A stretch of 64,000 bases of DNA from Anaeromyxobacteraceae bacterium (GCA_047602405.1 JASGHJ010000002.1:1216001-1280000); one strand, 5' to 3'; counted from the first letter of the stretch, positions 21,362 through 33,041 are shown. Numbers and translations: made by a program. The notes: generated by a model not told the origin, from the letters alone.

Positions 21362-22567
21362 ATGGATCCGCACCGCTACCTCGAAGCCCTCGAGCCGCTC
21401 TCCATGCGGTTCGGGCTCGACCGCATGGAGCGGGCGCTCGCCGCGCTCGGGCGGCCGGACCGCGCCTACCCGATCCTCCACGTCGCCGGCACGAACGGGA
21501 AGGGCTCGACCTGCGCGATGTCCGCCGCCGCGCTCGCCGCGGCCGGGCACCGGGTGGGTCTCTACACCTCGCCCCACCTCGTCGCCTTCGAGGAGCGCAT
21601 CCAGGTCGACGGCGCGCCGGTGGGGGAGGGGGACCTCGCCGCGCTCGTCGACGCGGTGCGGGCCGCCTGCCCCTGGCACGACGCCGGCGGACCGGGCGAG
21701 CGGCTCACCTACTTCGAGTTCGCGACGCTGCTCGGGCTCCTCCACTTCGCGCGGGCGCGCTGCGGCGCCGCGGTGGTGGAGGTGGGGCTCGGCGGCCGGC
21801 TCGACGCGACGAACGTCGTCGAGCCCCGCGTGACCGCCATCGCCCGCATCGGCCTCGACCACCAGGCGCTCCTCGGCGGCACCTTCGAGGCCATCGCCGC
21901 CGAGAAGGCCGGGATCATGAAGCCGGGGGTGCCGGTGGTGGTGCACGCCGACCAGCCGCCGGGCGCGCTGGCGGTGCTGCGCGCCGAGGCCGCGCGGCGC
22001 GCGGCGCCGCTCGAGGTCGCGCCGGCCGACGTCGCGGGCGCGGTCGCGCTCCCCGGCCCGCACCAGCGGGCGAACGCGGGCCTCGCCGCCGCGGCGGTGC
22101 GCGCGCTCGCCCGGGCCGGCGTGCCCGTCGACGAGGCCGCCCTGGCCCGGGGCCTCGCCACCGCGCGCTGGCCGGGGCGGATCGAGACCGTGGGCGGCGT
22201 GCTCCTCGACGGCGCGCACAACCCGCAGGGCGCGGCCGCGCTCGCCGCGGCGCTCCCGGTGCTCCACCCGGGCCGGCCGGTCGAGCTCGTGCTCGGCGTG
22301 CTCGCCGACAAGGACCTCGCCGGCATGATCGACGCGCTCGCGCCCGCGGTGCGCCGCGTCCACGCGGTCGCGCCGCCGTCGCCCCGGGCCCGCGCGGCCG
22401 CGGAGATCGCCGCCGCGGCCCGCGCGCGCGGGCTCCTCGCGGAGGAGCATCCGGCGCTCGGGCCCGCGCTGGCGAGGGCTCGGTCGCTCGCCGGGCCGGG
22501 TGGTCAGGTGTGCGTGGCCGGCTCCCTGTATCTCGTGGGCGAGGCGCGCGCGCTGCTCGCGCCCTAG
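21362..22567 (+). CDS. folC: Folylpolyglutamate synthase/dihydrofolate synthase
   Basis: HVAGTNGKGST, YTSPHL, EVGLGGRLDATNV, WPGR, LDGAHNP, GSLYLVG. Confidence 0.95.
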   Translation: MDPHRYLEALEPLSMRFGLDRMERALAALGRPDRAYPILHVAGTNGKGSTCAMSAAALAAAGHRVGLYTSPHLVAFEERIQVDGAPVGEGDLAALVDAVRAACPWHDAGGPGERLTYFEFATLLGLLHFARARCGAAVVEVGLGGRLDATNVVEPRVTAIARIGLDHQALLGGTFEAIAAEKAGIMKPGVPVVVHADQPPGALAVLRAEAARRAAPLEVAPADVAGAVALPGPHQRANAGLAAAAVRALARAGVPVDEAALARGLATARWPGRIETVGGVLLDGAHNPQGAAALAAALPVLHPGRPVELVLGVLADKDLAGMIDALAPAVRRVHAVAPPSPRARAAAEIAAAARARGLLAEEHPALGPALARARSLAGPGGQVCVAGSLYLVGEARALLAP

Positions 22568-22659
22568 CGCCAGATATCGGGTCGCCCCGCTTTTTGGGCG
22601 GCGGGCTTTGCGGTGCTACGCTCCCTCGGCCGGAAGCCTCTCATCCGGGGAGCCTGCCC

Positions 22660-24219
22660 ATGTCCGCACGCCGCGTCCTCTCCCTCGCCGCCCTGCTCGC
22701 GCTCGCCGCGCCGGGCACCGCGCGCCCGCAGCAGCTCAACGTGATCACCGCCGTCGAGCTGAAGGACGAGGGCGCGTCGACCGTGCTCTCGGTGAAGGGC
22801 TCCCGCCCGCCGAACTTCACGACCTTCTCGATGGCGGACCCGCCGCGCTTCGTCATCGACCTCTCCGAGTCGCGCTTCGAGGGCGTGCCGGAGGACCTCG
22901 TCGTGCAGGACGGGCTCGTCAACATCGTGAAGAACCTCTCCTACGGCTCGGACGCCACCTCGATCGCCCGCGTCATGATCGCCTTCCAGGTCGACGTCGA
23001 GCCGCCGGAGGTGACCACCGCCGGCAACACGCTCGTGGTGCGCGTGCTGAAGCCGGCCGCGGGCGGGGTCGCCGCCGCGCCCGCGCAGGCCGCGCCGCCC
23101 TCGCAGCCCGCGCAGCCGGATCCCGCCGCCGCGGAGGCCGCGCGCGTCGAGGCCGAGCGCCAGGCCGCAGCGCAGGCCGAGGCCGAGCGGCTCGCCGCGG
23201 CCCAGGCCGCCGCGCAGCGCCAGGCGGAGTCCGAGCAGCGCCAGCGCGAGGAGGAGCAGGCGAAGGCCGCCGCCGCCGCGGTCCCCGACGCGCAGGCCCA
23301 GGCCCAGGAGCCGCCGCCCCCGCCCCCCGTCGTGGAGCAGGCGGGGCAGGACGCGGGCGCCCAGGCCGCGGCGCAGGCCGAGGCCGCCGCCCAGGCGCAG
23401 GCCCAGGCCGACGCGAAGGTCGCCGCCGCGGCCGCCGCGAAGGCCGAGAAGCAAGCGAAGGCCGAGGCCGCCGCGCAGGCGAAGGCCGACGCGCTCGCGA
23501 AGAAGCAGGCCGAGGCCGAGGCGAAGCGGCAGGCGAAGGAGGACGCGAAGCGGGCCGCGGCGGAGGCGAAGCAGGCCGCCGCCGACGCGAAGCGCCTCGC
23601 GGCGGAGGAGAAGAAGGCCGCCGCCGAGGCGAAGAAGCGCGCCCGCCAGGAGGAGCTCGCCGCGGCGAGGGCCGCGCAGTCCGTCGAGGCGGAGCCGGCC
23701 ATGCCGGGCAGCTCCGAGCGCCTCGACGCCGGCGCGCCGAGGGCGACGCTGCGCCAGGTCGGCTTCAAGGAGCTCCCCGGCGCCTCGCGCGTGTTCGTCC
23801 GCACGAGCGTGACCCCGAAGTTCACCATCGCCGAGGCCGGCGAGAACACCATCCGCGTCGAGCTCGAGAACACGAAGCCGACCCGCAGGAACGACACGCG
23901 CTTCATGGACACGTCGTTCTTCCCGGGCGCCGTCGCGCTCGTCTCGCCGTCGCGCCACGGCTCGACCTACGTCGTCGAGATCAAGCTGAAGCAGCGGGTC
24001 CCGTACCAGCAGAAGATCGAGGGCGACATGCTCGCGCTCGACTTCGAGCGCCCCGCCGGCAGCGCGCCGGCGCCCGCGCCCGGCCCGGACGGCGCCGCCG
24101 CCGAGCCGCCCGCGGCGGCCGCCGCCGACGGCGCCGTCGACCTCTCGAACGGCGATCCCAACCCGCCCGCCGATCCCGCGCCGGCCCCGGCCGACGCGCC
24201 GGCCCAGGCCCCGAAGTAG
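22660..24219 (+). CDS. Exported protein with two AMIN-like domains and a TolA-like Ala/Lys/Gln coiled-coil linker
   Basis: Signal peptide; FSMADPPRFVIDL (AMIN-like); long AEAK/AQA helix; second beta-rich domain; Pro/Ala tail. Confidence 0.75.
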   Translation: MSARRVLSLAALLALAAPGTARPQQLNVITAVELKDEGASTVLSVKGSRPPNFTTFSMADPPRFVIDLSESRFEGVPEDLVVQDGLVNIVKNLSYGSDATSIARVMIAFQVDVEPPEVTTAGNTLVVRVLKPAAGGVAAAPAQAAPPSQPAQPDPAAAEAARVEAERQAAAQAEAERLAAAQAAAQRQAESEQRQREEEQAKAAAAAVPDAQAQAQEPPPPPPVVEQAGQDAGAQAAAQAEAAAQAQAQADAKVAAAAAAKAEKQAKAEAAAQAKADALAKKQAEAEAKRQAKEDAKRAAAEAKQAAADAKRLAAEEKKAAAEAKKRARQEELAAARAAQSVEAEPAMPGSSERLDAGAPRATLRQVGFKELPGASRVFVRTSVTPKFTIAEAGENTIRVELENTKPTRRNDTRFMDTSFFPGAVALVSPSRHGSTYVVEIKLKQRVPYQQKIEGDMLALDFERPAGSAPAPAPGPDGAAAEPPAAAAADGAVDLSNGDPNPPADPAPAPADAPAQAPK

Positions 24220-24234
24220 CCGGCCTCCCGCGAA

Positions 24235-26538
24235 GTGTCCCCCGCCGCGCTCGCCCTGGCGGCGCTCGCCGCCGCCGGCCCCGCCGCGTCCGTCCCCCTC
24301 GGCGACCTCGACGTCGAGGGAGCGCGCGTCGTCTACGACGCCGCCCGCGAGCGTTACCGGCTCGAGGGCGCCGCCCGGGTCCGTCGCGGCGCGATCGTGC
24401 TCAGGGCCGACCGCGCCGAGGTGGACGCGCGCACCGGCGAGGCCGAGGCCTCCGGCCACGTGCTCCTCACCGACTCCGCGCGCGTCATCGCCGCCGACGC
24501 GATCCGCGCCGAGCTCGGCGGCGGCTTCGTCGCCGAGGGCGTGGTCGCGTTCCTGAAGGCCCGCCCGCTCGACCTCACGGGGGTCTCGACGCTCGACGAG
24601 GCGCACCTCGCCGGCACGAACCGGCTCTCGTTCTCCGCCCGGAGGGTGACCGGCGGGGCCGCCCGGGGCGGGGCGCTCGCGGTCGAGGACGCGCGGCTCA
24701 CGCTCTGCGACTGCGGGCCCGGCAAGGAGCCGACCTGGGCGCTCCGGGCGCGGTCCGCCGACGTCATCCCCGGCGACCGGGCGATCCTCACCTGGCCGGT
24801 GCTCTACGTGCACGCGGTGCCCGTGCTGCCGCTCCCGTGGCTCTACGTGCCGCTCGGCGAGCGCCAGACCGGGCTCCTCTTCCCGGAGATCGCGTCGACG
24901 TCGGCGACCGGCTTCGCCTTCTCGCAGCCGCTCTACGTGACGCTCGGCGAGCACGCCGACCTCACGCTGTCGCCGGGGTGGGCGTTCGGGCCGTCGAGGA
25001 AGCCGGGCGACACCTCGCCGGCGGTCTCGGGCCCCACCGGGCGGCTCGAGCTCCGCTGGGCGCCCGCCGAGGGCGCCGAGGGGAGGGGAGAGCTCACCTG
25101 GGTCGACGACCGCGTCGGCGAGCCGGGGGGCGCGGACGGCCACCGCTTCGGGCTCGCGCTCCGGCACCACCAGGGCACGCTCGAATCCCTCGCCCTCGAG
25201 GCGGAGCTCGCGCTCGACGAGGACGGCGTGCTCCACCGCGATCTCACCTCGAGCCGCCTCTCCCGCGCCGCCACCTACCAGCGCTCGGCGCTCCTCGCCT
25301 CGCGCCGGGTCGGGCCGGCGCTCCTCGAGGCGGGCTCGGCGTACCTGCAGCCGCTCCAGCCCGCGGGCGCGGCCGGCGCGTACGGCCTCGCCGGCGCGGA
25401 CGTGCGGCTGTCCGATCCGCTCGGCTGGGCCTCGGCCACCGTGCCCGCGGCCGCGCTCGGACCGGTCCTGGCCTCCGGCCGGGCCGGCGTCACGTACCGC
25501 TCGCCGCTCCACGGCGGGACCGACCTCGGCCTCCGCCCGGAGACCGCGCGGCTCGACGGCCGCCTCGAGCTCGAGCTGCCGCTCGTCGTCGGTGAGGCGG
25601 TGGCGCTCTCGCCCTTCGTCCGCGGCGCCGCGCTCACCTACTCGGGCGCCCAGGGCGGCCAGGTCGCCTGGGGTGTGGTGGGCGCCGCGGCCTCGACGGA
25701 GGTGGCGCGGCGTTTCGGCGAGCTCCGCCACGCCGTGGGCGCGCGGGCCGAGTGGCGCCTCGGGAGCGCGACCGTGGGCGACGCGCCCGCGTTCCCGGCC
25801 TTCGACGCGTTCGACCGGGTGCAGACGCCGGACGCGGCCCCGGCGGACTGCGCGTTCCTCGCGCGGCAGGGCTGCAGCACGCTCACGGCCGCCCCGCCCG
25901 GCCGCTTCCAGCAGCTCCGCCTCGCCGTCGACACGCGCCTCTCCCTCGGCGGGGTGACGCTCGCGAAGCTCACCGTGGGCCGGGACTTCGACCTCGAGGC
26001 GGGCAGGGCGGCCGAGGCCTTCGCGTCGGGCGCCGTCGGCGTGGGCCCCGTGCACGCGGAGGTGACCACCCGCTTCCCATCGCTCGACCGCCCGGCCGAG
26101 CTCGGCGCGCGCCTCGACCTCGGAGACCGGAAGGGCAACCTGCTCCACGCGGAGTACCACCTCGTCCGCGGCTCGGGCGGCGGCCTGCAGACGGCCGGCC
26201 TGGACGTGCTCTTCGACCCGCGCCCGCGGCTCCTCGAGGACGCGGCGGGCGCGGTCCTGGGGGGCCAGCTCGCGCTCGGCCCGGCGCTCCTCGGCTACGA
26301 GGCCCGCTTCCCGGGGCGCTCCGGGCTCACGCAGGCGAGGTGCGGGGCGAACCCCACCCGCAACCTCGGCGCGACCGAGCTCTACGAGCAGGTGGGCCGC
26401 CTCGGCTGGGAGTCGCCCTGCCACTGCTTCCGCGCCGCGGTCCAGGTCGAGGTGGACGCCTGCGGAAACTTCGCCGGCGTGAAGGGGAAGATCGAGATCG
26501 CCCGGACCGGCGAGCAGGCGAGCGGCGCGGCACGCTGA
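24235..26538 (+). CDS. lptD: LPS assembly outer membrane protein LptD-like
   Basis: OstA-like N-terminus (LRADRAEVD, EASGHV), TLCDC..PTWALRA, LPWLYVPLGERQTGLLFP, beta-strand-rich body, C-terminal CxC. Confidence 0.75.
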   Translation: MSPAALALAALAAAGPAASVPLGDLDVEGARVVYDAARERYRLEGAARVRRGAIVLRADRAEVDARTGEAEASGHVLLTDSARVIAADAIRAELGGGFVAEGVVAFLKARPLDLTGVSTLDEAHLAGTNRLSFSARRVTGGAARGGALAVEDARLTLCDCGPGKEPTWALRARSADVIPGDRAILTWPVLYVHAVPVLPLPWLYVPLGERQTGLLFPEIASTSATGFAFSQPLYVTLGEHADLTLSPGWAFGPSRKPGDTSPAVSGPTGRLELRWAPAEGAEGRGELTWVDDRVGEPGGADGHRFGLALRHHQGTLESLALEAELALDEDGVLHRDLTSSRLSRAATYQRSALLASRRVGPALLEAGSAYLQPLQPAGAAGAYGLAGADVRLSDPLGWASATVPAAALGPVLASGRAGVTYRSPLHGGTDLGLRPETARLDGRLELELPLVVGEAVALSPFVRGAALTYSGAQGGQVAWGVVGAAASTEVARRFGELRHAVGARAEWRLGSATVGDAPAFPAFDAFDRVQTPDAAPADCAFLARQGCSTLTAAPPGRFQQLRLAVDTRLSLGGVTLAKLTVGRDFDLEAGRAAEAFASGAVGVGPVHAEVTTRFPSLDRPAELGARLDLGDRKGNLLHAEYHLVRGSGGGLQTAGLDVLFDPRPRLLEDAAGAVLGGQLALGPALLGYEARFPGRSGLTQARCGANPTRNLGATELYEQVGRLGWESPCHCFRAAVQVEVDACGNFAGVKGKIEIARTGEQASGAAR

Positions 26539-26546
26539 CCGGGCAC

Positions 26547-26565
26547 GCTGACTGATGGTGTCAGC
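26547..26565. promoter_or_regulatory. Candidate TetR operator
   Basis: Inverted repeat GCTGAC-N7-GTCAGC about 60 nt upstream of the TetR gene. Confidence 0.4.
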
Positions 26566-26626
26566 CCCGCTGGGGATCGCGCGCTTTCCCCTGGTAACGG
26601 CTGAGCTTACCCCCGACAATCCGCGG

Positions 26627-27286
26627 GTGACCCGCCCCCGGGCGCCGCGTGCGCCCCGCACCGAGAATCCGACCAGCACCGAACCCGCGGCGACCGAGCC
26701 CGAGAAGCGCCGGGCGATCCTGCACGCCGCGGTCCGCGTCTTCGCGGAGAAGGGCTACCACGGCTGCCGGATCGCCGACGTCGCGAAGGCCGCGGGCGTC
26801 GCCTACGGGCTCGTCTACCACTACTTCCAGTCGAAGGAGGAGCTCCTCGAGAGCGTCTCCGCGGAGCAGTGGGAGATCCTCGTGAACGCGCTCCGCGAGG
26901 TCGAGCAGGGGCAGGGCTCCGCGCCGGAGAAGCTCGCCGGCATGCTCGCGTTCGTGTTCGACGTCTTCAAGACCGCGCCCGCCGCGGTCCGGGTGCTGCT
27001 CCTCGAGGTGACGCGCACGCCGCACGCGCTCCGCGCGGGCTCGACCCGCGAGGCGTTCGAGGTGGCGGTCCGGCTGATCTCCGAGGTCATCCGGCGCGGC
27101 CAGGAGCGCGGCGAGCTCCGCGGCGACATCGACCCGCTCACCTCGGCCGCCAGCGTGCTCGGCGCGCTCGAGCTCGCGGTGACCGCGATGGTCATCGGCA
27201 TCGTGCCGGCGCCGGACGAGGCGGGCATCGACCGCGCCCGCGACCAGGTGACCGCGCTCGTGCTCGGGGGCCTCAGGCCCCGTTGA
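26627..27286 (+). CDS. TetR/AcrR family transcriptional regulator
   Basis: RRAILHAAVRVFAEKGYHGCRIADVAKAAGVAYGLVYHYFQSKEELL; start placed 6 nt after GACAAT. Confidence 0.92.
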   Translation: MTRPRAPRAPRTENPTSTEPAATEPEKRRAILHAAVRVFAEKGYHGCRIADVAKAAGVAYGLVYHYFQSKEELLESVSAEQWEILVNALREVEQGQGSAPEKLAGMLAFVFDVFKTAPAAVRVLLLEVTRTPHALRAGSTREAFEVAVRLISEVIRRGQERGELRGDIDPLTSAASVLGALELAVTAMVIGIVPAPDEAGIDRARDQVTALVLGGLRPR

Positions 27287-27435
27287 GGCACCCTTTCTTG
27301 GGCTGCGCAGCGCGTCATCGCGTAGCACAATGGGTGCCTTCGACCGTGGCGGCCGGCTCCGGCCGCCCAGCTTCGTGGCCCCCCGGGGCCCGGAACCCCC
27401 AAGGCCCGCAGGGGCCCAGAAAAGAGGACGTGATC

Positions 27436-29022
27436 ATGGCGGCGCGCGTGCTGGTCTCGGACGACCTCTCGCCGGAGGCGGTGCGGATCCTCCAGGCGGC
27501 CGGGCTCGAGGTGGACGTCAAGGTGGGCCTGAAGCCCGAGGCGCTCGAGGAGCTCATCGGCGGCTACGACGGCCTCGCGGTGCGCAGCGCGACCAAGGTG
27601 AACGCGAGGCTGCTCGCCAGGGCCGAGCGGCTCAAGGTGATCGGCCGCGCCGGCGTGGGCGTCGACAACGTCGACCTCGACGCCGCGACGCGGAAGGGCG
27701 TCGTGGTGATGAACACGCCCGGCGGCTCGTCGGTCACCGTCGCGGAGCTGGCGCTCGCGCACATGCTCGCGCTCTCCCGCCACGTGGCCGCGGCGACCGC
27801 GAGCGTGAAGGCGGGCAGGTGGGAGAAGAAGAAGTTCCAGGGGCACGAGCTCGCCGGGAAGACCCTCGGCGTCGTGGGCATCGGCGCCATCGGCTCGGCG
27901 CTCGTGGAGCGCGCCCGCGGGATGCACATGCGGATCGTCGCCTACGACCCGTTCATCTCGGCCGAGGCGGCCGCGAAGCTCGGGGCGGAGCTCCTGACGC
28001 TCGAGCAGCTCTGGGGGCGCGCCGACGTGATCTCGCTGCACGTCCCGCTCACCGAGCAGACGCGGAACCTCGTGAACGCCTCGACGCTCGCCCAGATGAA
28101 GAAGGGCGCGCTCCTCGTGAACTGCGCCCGGGGCGGCATCGTGGACGAGAAGGCGCTCGCCGACGCGCTCGCCTCCGGCCACCTCGGCGGCGCGGCCCTC
28201 GACGTGTTCGACAAGGAGCCGCCGGCGCCCGACCACCCGCTCTTCGCGCTCGACACCTTCGTCTGCACGCCCCACCTCGGCGCCTCGACCGAGGAGGCCC
28301 AGTCGGCGGTCGCGATCGCCATCGCCGAGCAGCTCGCGGCGTACCTCGTGCGCGGCGAGGTGAAGAACGCGGTCAACGTGCAGGGCCTGCCGAAGGAGGT
28401 CCTCGCGCAGCTCTCGCCCTACCTCCCGCTCGCCGAGCGCCTCGGCTCGCTCGCCGCCCAGCTCGCCCCGCCGGGCGCCCAGGAGGTCACCGTGGAGGTG
28501 TCCGGCGAGCTCGCGGCGGTGCCGATGAAGCCGCTCGCGAACCGGGCGCTCACCGGCATCCTGCGCCACTTCCTCGACACCCCCGTGAACGAGGTCTCCG
28601 CGCCGGCGATGGCGAAGGACCGCGGCATCGCGGTGCGCGAGGTGCGCTCCGCCGAGGCGCACGACTACGCGAGCCTCGTCGCGGTGAAGCTGAAGGGGCC
28701 CGCGGGCGAGGTCGAGGTGGCGGGCACGGTCTACGGCAAGCGCGACGTGCGGGTCGTCCGGGTGAACGCGTTCCGCGTCGAGGCGGTGCCCGAGGGGCAC
28801 GTCATCCTCTGCGAGAACGACGACGCGCCCGGCGTGGTCGGCAACCTCGGCCAGGCCCTCGGCGGCGCCGGCGTCAACATCGCCCGGATCTCGCTCTCGC
28901 GCCTCGAGGACCGCTCCCGCGCGTTCGCCTACCTGAACGTCGACTCGCCCCCCGCGCCCGAGGTGCTCGAGCGCGTCCGGGCGCTGCCGCACGTGCGCTC
29001 GGTCAAGGTCATCAAGCTTTAG
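27436..29022 (+). CDS. serA: D-3-phosphoglycerate dehydrogenase (long form with ASB and ACT domains)
   Basis: VRSATKV, GRAGVGVDNVD, GVVGIGAIG, NCARGG, TPHLGASTEEAQ, C-terminal ACT (DAPGVVG..GVNI). Confidence 0.96.
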   Translation: MAARVLVSDDLSPEAVRILQAAGLEVDVKVGLKPEALEELIGGYDGLAVRSATKVNARLLARAERLKVIGRAGVGVDNVDLDAATRKGVVVMNTPGGSSVTVAELALAHMLALSRHVAAATASVKAGRWEKKKFQGHELAGKTLGVVGIGAIGSALVERARGMHMRIVAYDPFISAEAAAKLGAELLTLEQLWGRADVISLHVPLTEQTRNLVNASTLAQMKKGALLVNCARGGIVDEKALADALASGHLGGAALDVFDKEPPAPDHPLFALDTFVCTPHLGASTEEAQSAVAIAIAEQLAAYLVRGEVKNAVNVQGLPKEVLAQLSPYLPLAERLGSLAAQLAPPGAQEVTVEVSGELAAVPMKPLANRALTGILRHFLDTPVNEVSAPAMAKDRGIAVREVRSAEAHDYASLVAVKLKGPAGEVEVAGTVYGKRDVRVVRVNAFRVEAVPEGHVILCENDDAPGVVGNLGQALGGAGVNIARISLSRLEDRSRAFAYLNVDSPPAPEVLERVRALPHVRSVKVIKL

Positions 29023-29056
29023 GAGGAGGGCCCGCCGGGGTAGAGTCCGTGCCCTG

Positions 29057-30091
29057 ATGCTCGACCTCTCGCTGCCCACGGGGATCCGCGACCTCCTGCC
29101 CGACCACTCCGCCCACCTGGCGGAGCTCTCCGGCCGGCTCCAGGAGGTCTTCGCGAAGTTCGGCTACCGCCGCCTCTTCCTGCCGACGCTCGAGCGGATG
29201 GAGGTCGTCGCGCTGGGCCTCTCGCCGGGCGCGCTCGCCGACGTCGTGAAGTTCGTCGAGCCGGGCTCGGGCGAGGTGGTCGCCATCCGGCCCGACATCA
29301 CGCCGCAGATCGCGCGGCTCTACGCCGCCCGCGCGGACGCGCTGCCCGCGCCGGCGCGCCTCTGCTACGACGGCCCGGTGCTGCGCGCCCGCGAGGCCCG
29401 CGCCGGCCGTCCGCGCGAGGTCTACCAGGCCGGCGTCGAGCTCCTCGGCCTCCACGGCCCGGACGCCGACGCCGAGGCGCTCGTCGTGCTCGCGCGCTCG
29501 CTCGAGCGGGTGGGGCTCGTGACCGCCATCGTCGAGGTCGGCCACGCCCGCTACGCGCAGGCGATGATCACCGCCGCCGGCCTCGGGCCGAAGGCGCGCG
29601 ACGAGGCGTTCCTGGCGCTCTCGCGCAAGGACGAGGGGACCCTCGCGGCGCTCGCCGCGAAGGCGCGGGGCGATCGCAAGGCTCGCGACGCCATGCCGCA
29701 CCTCGCGCACCTCTACGGCGACGGCGCGCTCGGGCGCGGCCGGAACCTCGCCCGCGGCATCCCCGACGCCGAGTCGGCGCTCGCCGAGGTGGAGGCCGCC
29801 CTGAAGCTCGCGCGGCGGCGCGGCGTGAAGGAGACCGCGGTCGACCTCGGCGAGGGGCGGGGGCTCGGGTACTACACCGGCATCACCTTCGCCGGCCACG
29901 CGCCCGGCGCCGGCAGCGCGGTCGCCGCGGGGGGTCGCTACGACGGCCTGCTGGCGCGGTTCGGCCGCCCGGACCCGGCGATCGGGTTCGCGGTCGACCT
30001 CGAGTTCGCCACCCAGGCGCTCGAGCGCGCGAACGGGGGCCCGCGCGCGCGCGCGACGCAGGGCAAACCGTCCAGAAAGACGCGCAGGTAG
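29057..30091 (+). CDS. hisZ: ATP phosphoribosyltransferase regulatory subunit
   Basis: LPTGIRD, IRPDITPQIAR, RLCYDGPVLR, QAGVELLG, YYTGITF, GGRYDGLL; precedes purA. Confidence 0.92.
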   Translation: MLDLSLPTGIRDLLPDHSAHLAELSGRLQEVFAKFGYRRLFLPTLERMEVVALGLSPGALADVVKFVEPGSGEVVAIRPDITPQIARLYAARADALPAPARLCYDGPVLRAREARAGRPREVYQAGVELLGLHGPDADAEALVVLARSLERVGLVTAIVEVGHARYAQAMITAAGLGPKARDEAFLALSRKDEGTLAALAAKARGDRKARDAMPHLAHLYGDGALGRGRNLARGIPDAESALAEVEAALKLARRRGVKETAVDLGEGRGLGYYTGITFAGHAPGAGSAVAAGGRYDGLLARFGRPDPAIGFAVDLEFATQALERANGGPRARATQGKPSRKTRR

Positions 30092-30193
30092 CGGGCTTCG
30101 CGGTCCCCTGGTATCGTCCCGCCGATCTGGCGCCGACCCGGCGCCGGAGACCCTTTCTTGGGCGCCCCCGCGGGCGCCTCCGGAGCTGAAGAG

Positions 30194-31492
<1,299 letters not shown>

Positions 31493-31530
31493 CCCGCTGA
31501 CCTGACCCCAACGAAGCCGGAGGAGTCGCC

Positions 31531-32553
31531 ATGAACGCTCGCACCGCCCTGGGGATCGTCGCGCTCCTCGCCGGCGCGGGCGTCGCGCGGGGCCAGGCCC
31601 CCGCGCCCGCGGCGGCTGCACCGGCCCCTGCGGCGTCCGCCGTGGCGCCGACCACCGCGGTGCTCGAGAAGCTCGCGGCGGGCGACCGCGCGGTGGCCGC
31701 CGGGGACCTGAAGAACGCGCTCTTCGCCTATCAGGACGCGGCCTACGCGCAGCCCGAGTACCTGACCTCCCGCGTGAAGATGGGGAGGACGTACCTCGCG
31801 ATGCGCTACCCCGACTTCGCGATGGCGCAGGCGGAGATCGTCCTGAAGGGCGACCCGTCGAACCCCGAGGCGCTCGCGCTCCTCGACGATGCCCGCCGCG
31901 CGCCGCCGCGCTCGGCGGCGCCGTCCGCGCCGGCCACCGCCGAGGCCCCGCGGCCCGGCCCCCGCACGTTCAAGATCGTCCCGGAGCAGCCGCCCGCCGC
32001 GGCGCCGGCCGCCGCGGAGTCCGCCGCTGCGCCCCCCGCCGCGGGCCCGGCCACGACCGAGGCGCCCTCCGCCGCCGCGCCGGTCGGCTCCGCGCCCCTC
32101 GCCGTCGCGGCCGCGCCGGCCGTGGTCCCCGCGCCGGGGTCCGCGCCCGCGGCCGCCCCGGCCCCCGCGCCCGCCCCGAAGCCGCAGACCGCCGCGCAGC
32201 GCTACCGCGCCGGGGTGGGGCTCATCGGCAGCCGCGACTACGCGGGCGCCGTCGCGGAGCTCAGCGAGGCGATCGCGCTCGATCCGCGCCTCGCGGTCGC
32301 GTACGCGGCCCGGGCGAGCGCGCGGTTCGGCCTCGGCAAGTACCGGGAGGCGGCCGACGACTACAAGGCGTCGATGGGCCTCGATCCGGGCCTGGCCACG
32401 CCGCTCTACGGGCTCGCCGAGTGCTACCGGCAGCTCGGCGATCCGGCGGCGGTCGAGATGTACCAGCGCTACGCCGAGTCGAAGGCGCCGGACGCGCGGG
32501 AGGACCTCCGCGCGGTCGCCGCGAAGCGCGCCGCCGAGCTGTCCGGGAAGTAG
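31531..32553 (+). CDS. Exported tetratricopeptide repeat protein
   Basis: Signal peptide; two TPR clusters separated by a Pro/Ala linker; GGAGG SD. Confidence 0.85.
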   Translation: MNARTALGIVALLAGAGVARGQAPAPAAAAPAPAASAVAPTTAVLEKLAAGDRAVAAGDLKNALFAYQDAAYAQPEYLTSRVKMGRTYLAMRYPDFAMAQAEIVLKGDPSNPEALALLDDARRAPPRSAAPSAPATAEAPRPGPRTFKIVPEQPPAAAPAAAESAAAPPAAGPATTEAPSAAAPVGSAPLAVAAAPAVVPAPGSAPAAAPAPAPAPKPQTAAQRYRAGVGLIGSRDYAGAVAELSEAIALDPRLAVAYAARASARFGLGKYREAADDYKASMGLDPGLATPLYGLAECYRQLGDPAAVEMYQRYAESKAPDAREDLRAVAAKRAAELSGK

Positions 32554-32627
32554 TCGGTACCCTCCTTCCAAGCCCGCGTCGCGAGGCCGGTCTGGCCGGC
32601 CGCGGGGGCCGGGCGTACACTTTTCAC

Positions 32628-33041
32628 GTGCCGGCGCGCACCTTCAGGACGCGCCTCTCGCTCCGCCTGGCGGTCGCGGCCGCCGGGCTGCTGTGGGCGG
32701 GCGTGCTGGTCGTGCTCCTGCTCTCGCCGGGGGCGGGGCCGGAGGCCATCTTCGGCGCCGCGGTGTTCACCGCGTTCTTCGCCGGGTTCTCGTTCGTCTA
32801 CCGGCGCACGACCATCACCGTGACGAAGGACGGCATCGTGGCGACGGCGCCGCTCCGCCAGCCGCGGACGATGGCGTTCCGGGACATCCTCGAGGTCGTC
32901 GTGCAGGACGGCCTCGCCGGGCGCGTCTACGCGATCTGCACGCGCGCGGGCCTCGTCCACTTCACGAGCCTCTTCGGGGGGCACCTCGAGCTCTTCGAGC
33001 TCATCCGCGAGCGCGCCGCGCTGGCGCCGCGCGGGCGGTAG
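32628..33041 (+). CDS. Small membrane protein (two TM helices plus PH-like domain)
   Basis: GTG 6 nt after TACACT; two hydrophobic helices, then TITVTKDGIV..FRDILEV. Confidence 0.75.
   Translation: MPARTFRTRLSLRLAVAAAGLLWAGVLVVLLLSPGAGPEAIFGAAVFTAFFAGFSFVYRRTTITVTKDGIVATAPLRQPRTMAFRDILEVVVQDGLAGRVYAICTRAGLVHFTSLFGGHLELFELIRERAALAPRGR

Noticed and set aside
23040..23700. DNA tandem repeat in the AMIN gene
   Set aside because: Low-complexity Ala/Gln/Lys coding sequence with no fixed repeat unit.
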